A stretch of DNA of 57,202 nt, the filler included, from Perkinsus olseni (Eukaryota): the NCBI GenBank assembly GCA_013115125.1. It is 4 parts of 4 records of this genome, joined end to end, with 100 filler letters (N's around TTAATTAATTAA, not from the genome) between each part and the next. Parts side by side here need not be neighbours in the genome. Positions count along the whole stretch, not along the records: positions 1 to 14,355 come from JABANN010000732.1; 3 more parts are not named here. The stretch is one strand, 5' to 3'. Of the stretch, positions 1 through 10,726 are shown piece after piece. Each line of letters begins with the position of its first letter. The first letter of the stretch is position 1. The notes under the pieces are model-generated. The model was not told the origin of the DNA. It was given only the letters and a program-made list of their open reading frames with translations, and did no database searches. The translations under genes were made by a program, and so were the position numbers.

Positions 1-2745
1 ATGTGATACACGGCGCCTGCTCTGATGCAGCCAAGAATATCAGGGGTACCTGAGAAAACTGCCGCTATTTTATAATTATGTCTTTACCATACTTTTAAAG
101 TATGATACTTTGAATACCATTAATTGTTCATATACTACTTATTATAGTAACATAGTGTCGGACGCACGGTAAAGTAACATGCACTATGGTATTTAATTAA
201 TGGTGGTTTGGAGTCGCCTGCCCCTATGGCAGCCGCGAGCGAGAGAGAGATTATAATACTCAATAGTAATGAGGGCATATAATCGATACCGCAGCAAAAT
301 GTATACACATACTTAATAACGATTCTCAGATCGAACGCTGACGGATTGAAAGAAGCGCTCACCAGCTTCCTCTCGCTCTTCCAAGTCCGAAATGTAATAG
401 TGTCCGCGGCTGCTGACGAACTCAACCGTGCCGCCGCCGCAAATCGTCGGTATTGAGTTGGTTTGACGCTTCTTCTTGCACAGTAGTATACCACTGGTTC
501 CCGGACCACCCAGTAACTTATGGGGCGAAATGAAGGCGAAGTCGATGTAGCCCTCGGGATGTGTGACCGGATTCATATCAACCTGGCATCGAAGCAACTA
601 GGGAAGTCGAGAGGTCGCAGAGGAAGTCGATTGGTCCCGGCTGTGAGACAACTATGCATACGTAGGCCGCACCGCGAGCAGGAAATTTCATGATGACCGG
701 AGAACAGACAGCAAGCTCTCCGGAAGCGAGACTAGAATGATCGGTCGGATCGAGATCACTAGGTTGAGTCCCACCTTTCTGTGCGCGGCTATTGCAGCAC
801 AGTCCCATGCAATGATACCGCGGAAAGTATGCACTAGTGTCGACACGCTGGGTATCTGACGACAGGAGGCTGAGATGCTGCTGACAGGTGAGCGTTCACT
901 GACATCCTGGCAGGCCCCCGTGACATTGCTGCATGCAGATAGAATGACAACAGGGATCGCGTAGTCGGCACCGTGATGGCGATTGAAGATACTTATCTGG
1001 AAGACAGCAGCGGTTCGCTCAGAAGGCCCGGAGATCTGCTCACTTGCTCCAGAACTTCCCGGAGACCCTCGACCGACGCAATGCCTTTGGTACCGTCGAG
1101 GGGGAGCACCTGATCGAGTGTTGGAGCGAGTTCGGAGTGTGCGATGGTTGGTTACCACGAGTTCAACTTCGATGGCCTCGGGCGACGTTCGGGTCTTGGC
1201 GAGCTCCACGTGCGATCCAGTAACTGCAGATGAAGAGGGTGTTCAATGAACCGAAACTGAACTTTCAGAATCAATTTCGGGAGCGGATTTCACGTGTTGA
1301 GCTCAACCCCAAAATCGATTCTGAGCTTCAGAATTAGTTCAACAAGCGGGGAGAAATTGATGACACACGACACACTCCCCTGAGCACCGATTGCAGTGCA
1401 TCTCCATAGCTAAAACTAGACCCACACAAAGTCCCGGAAAGAGAGGTGCGTCCACTTCTCACCAGCTCGGGATTTCACACCCTTCCCAAGGGGGTAAAGG
1501 TGGGTCATCTCTCGAAAGGGGAGCAGTGAGCTGTGATGCGCCACGGGATCCACGATGACGACCTGTGTAAGAAAACTAGCCCAGATTAGAACCCCTAACT
1601 GTGGCTCACTGGGACCAGGCAACACTAAATTTGGTGAAAAGTGGTACTTACTGCTCTGCGGAGTTTCCTCTCACTCTTTGGCGGAGCGAAAACTCTGCTC
1701 TTGATGAGCATATCTTCGAACTTGCGAATAGCACCGGTGGCACCAGCACCACAGAAAATGGCTAAGGCGCGGGATCGTGAGGACGATGGCTGCCACAGTG
1801 GACCACCTGAGTCATCCTCGGAGCAATTGAAATACTGCTTCACGCGGTCTCGAGCTTCCTCTCGAAAGTGAGCAGTCTGGCGAGCAGTAGCCGAGGCCAC
1901 CGAGTGCGTGTTGGCGTACCTTGGGCAACACGGTTGTCGAGGGAGGCGGGAGAAAGCTTACATTGGGCAAACTTGATTAGAAATGAAGTCTTCGAGGCTT
2001 CTGAGGGCCCGGCCGGATGCAGTGTAGTCGCAGTATCTGACGCGAGCACATGATAATGTGCGCAACTGAGCTCACGGGCAAGGGTCTAACTAAACGGTGA
2101 CCGGCGTCGGTTTATAAACTCGAGAACGTGTGCGATTCACACAGTGAGAAGGAGGCTTCGATCAAGCAAATCAGGGTCGGTTTTGGGACCGCATTTCACG
2201 TGTAGAGCTCAACTCGAAAATCGATTCTGAGGTTGTGAATTAGCTTACTGAACGGGGGCTTACGCACGATAACGTTAGCACGATGATCGGTGGACATAGC
2301 AGGAGAGCGTGGTGGGTCGAAGAGCTCACATGAGTCTTCTGTGGCTTCCATCGAGAGGGCAAGGCACACGTTCTTCTTCGCCGATGCATTGCTGTCTGAG
2401 ACTGTTGACAAGTGAGTGGTAGTCGTCTTCGTCGGAAGCAACAGTAGCAGCATCGTGGGGCACCGGGTGGAACCTTTCCACCGGGGTGATGGTCAGTAAC
2501 GAGGCCCTCTCTGTGGGGACGGGAGTGTCCACGGATTCGACCCAAGACCGATCGTCCATCATAGTCGACTCAGTCCAGGGAGTAGCAGGAGAGTAGTGCT
2601 TGGCCTTCAGCGGAGTCACAAGGCTGTTGCCTTCACCCGTCGTCGGGGACCGCCACTTGGGAGGCTCTCCACGTCGTAGCTTGCTGGCTGAGTACAGGCC
2701 TCCGTGACGAGGTGTCTCGAGTCTGGTATGGCCTATCACTGACAT
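1..2745 (-). CDS. Aminotransferase class V / cysteine desulfurase-like PLP enzyme, multi-exon, 3' end runs off the window
   Basis: Exons give EEARDRVKQYFNCSEDD, AIFCGAGATGAI, VAHHSSLLPFRE, LSACSNVTG, FISPHKLLGGPGTSGILL (PLP lysine), GGGTVEFVS, and EEREEAG|TPDILGCIRAG across a GT-AG intron (362-50). Start at 2745 is tentative. Confidence 0.85.
1271..1355. repeat. Dispersed ~90-bp intronic repeat, copy A
   Basis: Aligns with 2168-2258 (ATTTCACGTGT-GAGCTCAAC---AAAATCGATTCTGAG------GAATTAG). Confidence 0.65.
2168..2258. repeat. Dispersed ~90-bp intronic repeat, copy B
   Basis: Aligns with 1271-1355; weaker relatives near 2845-2925, 37380-37455, 51885-51975 and 57050-57123. Confidence 0.65.
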
Positions 2746-3138
2746 GGACTGAAGAGGAAGTTATCACTAGCACGCCCACGCTATGAAGTCACGCTTCGAG
2801 ATGGGACAAAGGGCTTGGCGAAGCCTCCTGCTAGTTCAATAGATGAATTCTGAAACTCAGGGTCGATTGCGGAGTCCAGTTACACACATAAAATGCAGTT
2901 CCAGCAGGGCTTCTGAGCTTCAAAACCTGTATGTAGCCCGTCTAGAGTATCTTTGCTTGGAAGCGTATCTTTGCGTCGCCCTAGGTCCGCACAGGGAAGA
3001 TTCTTCGAAAATCCCCTCCGCCTAGTAGGCACACGTAGGCGGCGCCTACGTGCGCTGAGTTTGCCTCTTTCAGTGAAAGACTTTCACTAATCCCTCAAGA
3101 ATGACCATTCGTAAGTCAACTTACAGCTCCTGACAGGA

Positions 3139-3185
3139 CAGGGCCACTAACGGGTTCAAGGGTCCTGAACCCGTTAGTGGCCCTG
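3139..3185. repeat. Perfect 20-bp inverted repeat, 7-nt loop
   Basis: CAGGGCCACTAACGGGTTCA (3139-3158) / TGAACCCGTTAGTGGCCCTG (3166-3185). Confidence 0.95.
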
Positions 3186-4747
3186 CTTCACAAGGGCACT
3201 TGAATTGAGGCACCTTGAGTCATCCTGAGTTTAAAGCGCCCTAATGATGTTACTCAAGTAGTGAACTGGTCAAGCGGGAATACTCAAGGCGCTACTTGCA
3301 CCTGAGGAGCAAATTTGCTCTCCTGAAACAGGCCCAGTGAGACGACCTTACCGGAGTGTTTACCGCCTTCACTTGAGTGGTCGGTGAAAGAGTATTTGAG
3401 GTGGGACCATTCAAGTGGCTACTCATCACATAGATGATGCCGACGTTCTGGACGGTCTCTGACGAGTATTGGGTGGATTGTGTCATACGCTCGATTAGTA
3501 CTCTACGCAGGGTTACTGCCGAGAGTTGACAGAATTCCACCCTAGGCCGAGCAACGGGTCTGGCTACTATAAGGGTAGGTTGCCACACCACATCCCCGTC
3601 GCCCGTTAGAGTGAGTGCGTCCGTCGCAGTCCAATGAAGCCACCTCATACACTGTTGATCAGAAATTCCGGGACTGCGTGGCAATTTGCTTCTCCCGACG
3701 GCGGTTAGTTAACGTGACAGCCCTCAGGGAGAACCCCACCCGCTCGTCACTCAACACCGCTGTCACAAGTTGTGACTCACAACTGCGATACTGTTGCTTT
3801 TCCGTTGTTGCTCTTAGTCAACGCAAGGCGAGAAGGGGTGTAACTCGGAAAATATTACCACCAGAGCCGAAGGTGACAGCACGCATGTACAAAACCGCAG
3901 CACTATCATAGCCAGTCGTTAGGCTTTGTATATAGTCGTCGTGGTTGCACCAGTGTGAGGCTATCCTCACTGAGGATACTCATTCTCAGCCTCTCACATC
4001 GGTTAGTGAGGAAGCCAGCTGATAGTGCTGTTGTTTTGTACAAGCCTCTCGCTTAGTGAGGATTCCACACTCCGGTGATCATAGTGGCGCTGTTTGAAAC
4101 AGCGAGTAGGAAACAACCTGTTTCCTACACCGCGTTTACAGTGTAAACTTTACACAGTTCCCTCTGGTTGGGAGCCATTACCGGCACGTAACAGCACTTT
4201 CGGGACGGCAGATGTGCTCCATGGAAAGGGTTCCAGTGTGAGAGTCTGAGTATCGAAGCCTCGTAGTGAGAAAAACCCGTAGGTACATCACGGTTCTCTC
4301 CGGGACGAACACCCTTGTCCTAGCGAATAACACCAGGAGGCTCCTGGCAGGAGCCGGCGTGATGTCAGTCGTAGAAGGATTTGCAGGACGGGATACAGTG
4401 GGATAATGGTGTCTACGCTGCGGCAGGTGAACGTCGTGACTATTCCATTGCTGAAGTGGATGAGCTCAACCGCGTGCCATCGTTATGGAGAGCCTTGAAG
4501 TGAGTGTACAATCCTTCTTTGTTGTTCTCGTCATGTCCAGCTCAGCGTCCATCGCATCATGCGTTTGTCCCGTGAGCGTCCTCTACGTCCTCGAGCCTAC
4601 ACTTTCGTGGCTCGCAGAACCGCGACACCCTACGACTCAAAATTCTCACATGGCAAACAGCCAGGTTCTATCCCCGCACTCTACATTTTTGCGTTCCCGG
4701 AAATTTTTGGTCATTTTGGGCATTAAATTGTTAGTCCGCAAAAAAAA

Positions 4748-5287
4748 TAGCAGCAGCTGGAGCAAGCGTCGGAGGACTGGCGGCTGGGACGGTGACCGCG
4801 AGGATGGAGGAAGATCCAGATGAAGTCGGTCGAAGCCTTAGAGCAGGAAGACGTGATGACTAATTCATGTATTGCTCGTTATTAAGGAACGTTTCAATCT
4901 GTTTGTCCGCAAAACTACTCAAAACTCACCCTTGTGTGACAGCCTGCGTTTTGGTGTCTGCTGATCCGAGATGGCGAACTTTGGAATTACTGTCGTGGTG
5001 GCAGCAGGCGCTGAGAGACGTGGCTATTAGACCATGTACAGCACGATGTATAAGCAGAGCTTCTATCGACAATCGTCCGGTGAGAAATAACGGGAGCCAT
5101 GACATAGATTCAGCTTTATAAAAACGATTCCCGATCATTGAAATTGTCCTCAATAACGAGCAATACATGAGTTAGTTATCACTTTTCCCTGCTCTAAGGC
5201 TTCGACCGACTTCTTCTGCATCTTCCGCCATCCTCGCGGTCAACGTCCCAGTCGCCAAGCCTCGGACGCTTGCTCCAGCTGCTGCTA
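4748..5287. repeat. Long imperfect inverted repeat (151-bp arms, 238-bp spacer)
   Basis: 4748-4898 is the reverse complement of 5137-5287 at roughly 85-90% identity by eye. Confidence 0.92.
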
Positions 5288-5385
5288 AGCTTATATTCTT
5301 CCTTTTTTTCCAGGCAAAACGATTCCTGTTGAGCCTCGATAGACCTAAATCGTCCTGATCAGTTGTGTACTTCAAGTTGATTGTT

Positions 5386-8300
5386 ATGGCCGCCAGATCG
5401 AAAGGCTATCGGCCGGTGACCAACTCCTCGAGCTCGACGAGGATCGCGGACTCACCCTCATCGTCTTCGGGTGGGGAAGATTCAGGCCGGAGTGCTGCAC
5501 GCACTCGGAAGATTAACAATAGATTTATCGAGGATATGGGCATTGACGAAGGCATCGAGAAGGGACCTTCTAAGAAGGGACGAAGGTACTGAGCGATGGC
5601 GGGCATGGTCTCCGTAGTGGGTTCCGCTGTAGTACTCGAAGAGGTTGGTGTGACAACTGATAGTTTCGAGGACGATCACGTAAGTGGTATGAGAGTATTG
5701 AAGAGAGGTCACGTAGGAAAAGAGCAATATAGGAATTGGAGGAAGTGCTATTATAGGGACTGTAGTTTGCGAGGCAGCGTCATGTCGTCCGCGAGGAGTC
5801 TTTCACTTTTTTTGATGATTCTTTACCATGTCTACGCGAAAGTTTCAAAGAATTCATCACTGATGAATGGTTCTTTGCTCACATAGTGAATCGTTGACTG
5901 GCCTGTGCTGCTTGCGGGCGTTTGTCTGTCTGTTTGGCTGGTTACGCTTGATAAACGTTCCACTTGCGGTTCGTAGAATATACCATCTCAGACAAAGTTT
6001 ATAATTCCGTTTCCACTCAAAAAAATAGTGAACCCCTTTTCAGTCCACACCTGTCGAAATTCTCCTGGCCGACGAAGCAACAGTTCGTTTCCGCGGGAAT
6101 TGGCTTGGTCGTCGGAGTCGCCGCAGCGGTAATAACAACTTGGGGATGCATCAATCGGCTTAGTGAAGATTGAATTCGATTCGCAGAGAAGTTTAACTTG
6201 ATACCACTCTCGGACAGGCCCAAAAAGAACGCAAGTAGCCTCTTTCTAATGCTTGCTAACAGCCTTACGCGAAGGCCAGACCTTGTTCTATCTACAGGCA
6301 GGAATTTATCGCTCCCGACGTTCCACTAGTCAAAAACCCTCGGATTTTGCATTTTCGCTTTCTTGTATCGCTATTTGAGGAGAGATGTTCTCGTGGAAGT
6401 GCACAGAAAGTCCGAAAACTCTTGACGCCCAATCGTGGTCCTCTAGTTGGGTCCCTATCTTGGCCGGGCAAACGATAATGACTGAATCACCAGCCTCCGT
6501 TCTGGACATCTTTTCTCGGGTTTTCCTCAGCTCCTTCCGCTTGGATTCTCGCCCTCGGATGCCGCAGCCCAGCGTTGTCTGGGTATTTTGGTTGCCGCTG
6601 GCATCTGGTGGGTTCTGGAACCCTGGCCGCCTTACGTCACCTCACTTTGTTTGGGATTGCTGATTGTAATACTGGGAGAGTCACCACGCAGGCGTGGTCC
6701 GAAATTCATCCCCTACGACTCCCCCTTCATCCCCTGACCACCGACGCTGTAGACTTGCGTGTCTGTTGGGGTACTCGTGCGGGTGCTCCACTGCGCACGC
6801 TGGAAGACTTTGATTCGGCTTCTCATCGGAAGGATAATCTGTCCTCGGAATTTGCTTGGAGGGTGACAGAGAGAACTGATCGTTAGACCAAGCCATTCAC
6901 ATCTGTTACGACCGGAAGTGGTTAGCTCATTGTTGTACTTAGTGAGGGTCAATGTGGATTTTACTCGCGTCATTATTGTTAGTATTAGTATATTTGACTT
7001 ATATACCCGATCATTCGTCTCAGTTAAGCGCATGCTTATTGACGGAAAGTGGTACATCCGTTACTGAGCGTAGGGGGGATCACCGTCGATTTTATTTGGC
7101 CGATTTTGCCCGGTCACGAGCAGCTCATGACGGCAAAAATCGCGCGAGTAAAATAAAGCGGAAATTCGTTATTCGAGGTTTGCTACTGCTGTAGCGTGGT
7201 AAATTTCCTGTCTCTATTTATGATGAAATGACCATGAGGATGGCCGACGACGACACAGCAGAGGAATTTTTTATGCATAAACTTGATCAGGTCATCTTCC
7301 GTGTTATGCGGGTTCCGGATCCGTCGTCGATGGCGTTGGTGCCTGCCAGGATTGTCGGAAGTGAAATTGGTGAAGGTAGTGATATTTTCGTCGAGCACAT
7401 ACGATTAACCGATTCGTTAAGTATACCCTCACGCGCAGTTACCGATAGATTGATTATTCATTTCACTCGCCTTCGACTTTGATTTCGGTACTATTGGGTA
7501 TGTCAGACTCACAGCCCAGAGCACTTGTAACGATTTGCGTGCTACCGTTTTATTATCACTTTCTTAATCGCTGATGCGATACGTAGCGGTTGGATTACTT
7601 CTCTTGCTCCTCAGCGGAAGCACTTCCACCGTCAGCGGCAGCAGTGGTGGTCTCTGCGGCATACTTCGATCCTGTCATCTTCCTCTTTATTTCCGGCTTC
7701 GCAATGGGACAAGCTTTGGAGAAGTAATATACTCGACATAATCGATCACGTGATCGATTTGGCGTATCTTCTTAACCCAGGTTTCACATCACGGAGCGGC
7801 TAGCAACCAGACTACTTTCTCGAGTGGCCACAGGAGGCGATCGGCTCGCCATTGTAATACTGAGGGGAAATATGATTCGGGTGGCCGTAGGTTTCCAAGT
7901 GTTGTAGTAAGAGTGGTACCACCTGTATGTGCGCGCAATGGTTGTTGAACGCTCGGACAGGATACTGGGTGAACCAATTCGTTACGCAAATCGGAAAATT
8001 TGAAATTTTTCCCGAAAGCACGAAGTTGCTACAGACCAAAATTGTGAGAGCAATTTATTTTATTCATAGAAAAATATAAACTTACAACGCTGTAGGATGC
8101 TTCTGCGCAGTAGATACTCATCAATCAAGACTGCGGCATAGCAGCATTCCGCTTCGCTCCGCCTTTTGTTCATCATTTTTCTCGCTCACGGAGGGTAGAC
8201 CGATCGTCGTGGTTGTTGTAGGTAATATTGTGTTTGGGTCTCTTCGTCTCGGGGGCCCTCTCTAATGTGGCGACGGCGGTTCTGTTAACGGCCGTTGTTG

Positions 8301-10518
8301 CACCAGTGGCTAGAGAGCTCTCCGACTCGGAAGCGAAGAGAGCTATTTTGGAAGTGGCGTTTGGCTGTACTATGGGGACGCAGGTTCAATCCCGGGCGGA
8401 GTCATTTTCTTCAAAAGTTAATCTCGTGCGCTGTATTGAATGAACGGCCTCGCCACTTTGGCAAGGCGGACTGACATGCGCTCGGCTTTCTGATCCACAC
8501 GTTGCATATCCGAACTCTAGGCGATCTCTTGATGACTCGTCGATCGCCCTAATGGTGTTGCCAAGTGGAGGGGGGACGCTTTGTTCGAAGGCCAGACCCG
8601 GAGACCCTCGGTTCGAAACCTGTCGCCGGCTCTTTTCGCTGCTCGCTTTATCATTTTCGCGCGTCTAGGATACAACTGTATCTGGTCCACCAGTACACGA
8701 CGGCCATACCGCCTCGAGTATTCTTCGGAAAATAGAAGAATTAATTTTTCGTGTATTTTTTCGTCCAACGTGCAGCTGGAATGCCGGGGAGACCTTGGAA
8801 ACTTTTTCACGTTTCCTTTCCCCAGGTAACGTCGGTGGGATGATAACACCGGTCGCATCGCCCCAGAACGTGATCGCCCTCGTCGCCTTGCGTAGTACTG
8901 GGAGAACTAATTTCGTGGCGCGTGACGCTGTGCTGTTCCCTAGGTTCCAACGGAGGTTCCAATTTATCCTTCATGCAGTGGATCGTTTTCGCCCTCCCCA
9001 TTTGCGTGCTCGCGGCGACTTCAGTTTTCGCGGTTCTGAAATTTATGTACGGCGGCCGACGGAGCGACGCAAAGCCTTTGGAACTGACCGAGAGGCGACG
9101 AGATTCCAGCGACGGTAATGATGGTAAATTCTCTGACACTGTCTTTCTCGCGCGCCCAGCTGATCGATTTCTCTTCTCGGGAACAAGACAGGGAATCTGT
9201 CATTGCGCGCGTAGGTGTGCACAGAGGCTCTGAAGACTCGGAGATGCAGTTGCGTCACGCGCCACTAAATTCCACCGATTGGACCATCATCGGTAAGCCC
9301 TCCACGCATGGCCCCTTCCGCGTTAGTCGTTCGCTTCAGGTATAGTTTGCGCGACGGTGTTCCTGTGGATGATATTTGATCTTGCGGGTCTTCAAAGTGT
9401 ATTTGGCAGTATGGGAATGGTTGGGCTGATGGCGGTGGTGGCCTTCCATAGTCTTGGCATCCTCACGACCGAGGATTGGCACGGCATGCAGGTGGTTCCA
9501 GGGGATAGGTTACGGCGTTGGAATCGGATCAAGGGAGATCGAAAATCAAAGTTTGTCTTCTCGGAGGGAAACTGTCCCGATTTCGCCCGAAAATTCAAAA
9601 TTTCTGGAGGAATCCAAGTCGAGTAAGTGCTGGGGTGAATCATACAGTTGCCATTCCGAAGAAGTCCGAGTCGTCGTGAGCCGGCATTGAGACTTCTTCC
9701 TTTTCTTCGTTTGTTTGTGCGTGCTGCTAACTTGACGAGTAGCAAGATTCCAAGTTTCGTCAGATGTTTCGAGGGATCGCATTGCGTCGTCTCCTACGCA
9801 GCGAGGAGAGGTTCCCTCCGGAAACAGTTTTTCCTTTTCTCAGTGGTCGGTCCTGACACTTCTCGGCGGCGGCGTGGCTCTCGGCAACGCAGTGGAAAGC
9901 TCGGGCCTTCTACGTATTCTCGCTGACGGAATCTCCAAGTCCCTCGAAGGCTCGAGTGTCTGGGCGAGCGCGGTTTGCTTTTTCGTTTGTACGGGATTGG
10001 TCGCCAACTTCCTCTCCTCTACCGTCTGTGCCATCGTAGCCTTGCCCGTGGTTGCCAAGGTAGGCGTTTCCTCCATATTTTAGGGCGAGCGAGATTTACT
10101 TCACCTTCTCAGGTGGGCGCAGTAGTTGGTCACCCCCGTTTATTCACCGTCGGATGTGCGTTGATGACATCAGCGGCGATGAGCCTGCCGGTTAGGTGAG
10201 CAGGGACGTGTGAGACCATGAATTTCTCTTCAGATTGAATCGATCAGCTGATCGATTTGCCACCGGTACTGAGTGTAAATCTTCGTTCAGTTCCTTCCCG
10301 AATGCCAACGCGGCGGGAGTAGTCCATTTGTCGTTACCGGGAGCGCCACCTGCGCCAGTGTTACAGTCCAAGGACTTTGTAAAGTCAGGTACGCCGGGAT
10401 CGATCCGGGGACCTTCCGGTTGTGAAGTCTTCACTTGTCAGGTTTCACTGTGGCCCTACTGATTTTAATCATACTCAGCACTGTCGGGTATGCATGGGCT
10501 ATGTTTCTCGGCTGGTGA
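5386..10518 (+). CDS. SLC13/DASS-family (Pho87/Pho91-like) anion or phosphate transporter, multi-exon
   Basis: Exons give QRCLGILVAAGIWWVLEPWPPYVTSL (~6570-6680), FDPVIFLFISGFAMGQALEK (~7614-7723), LSNVATAVLL, GNVGGMITPVASPQNVIA, SFMQWIVFALP, NFLSSTVCAIVALPVVAK, SAAMSLPV|SSFPNANA, and end ..GYAWAMFLGW* at 10518. Start codon is tentative. Confidence 0.85.
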
Positions 10519-10726
10519 CCCGTTGTGTATTGAAATACTGTTACTAGTGTTTAGGATACTGATCTTGCAAACTTGCCTTTCCTTGCTTCTTCTCAACTTC
10601 CGCGGCCATGCTGCTGTCAAGTATCATTTGCGGCTGCACTGCGTAGAATTCATAGATTTCACCGCTTGATTGATCCGAGTTTGTTAATCTCATGAAAGGA
10701 CTGATCTTCCAGTTTTTGCAGTAAAA

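Noticed and set aside
6952-7482. Short ORFs between transporter exons
   Set aside because: They fall within the inferred long intron of the SLC13 gene and show no motifs.
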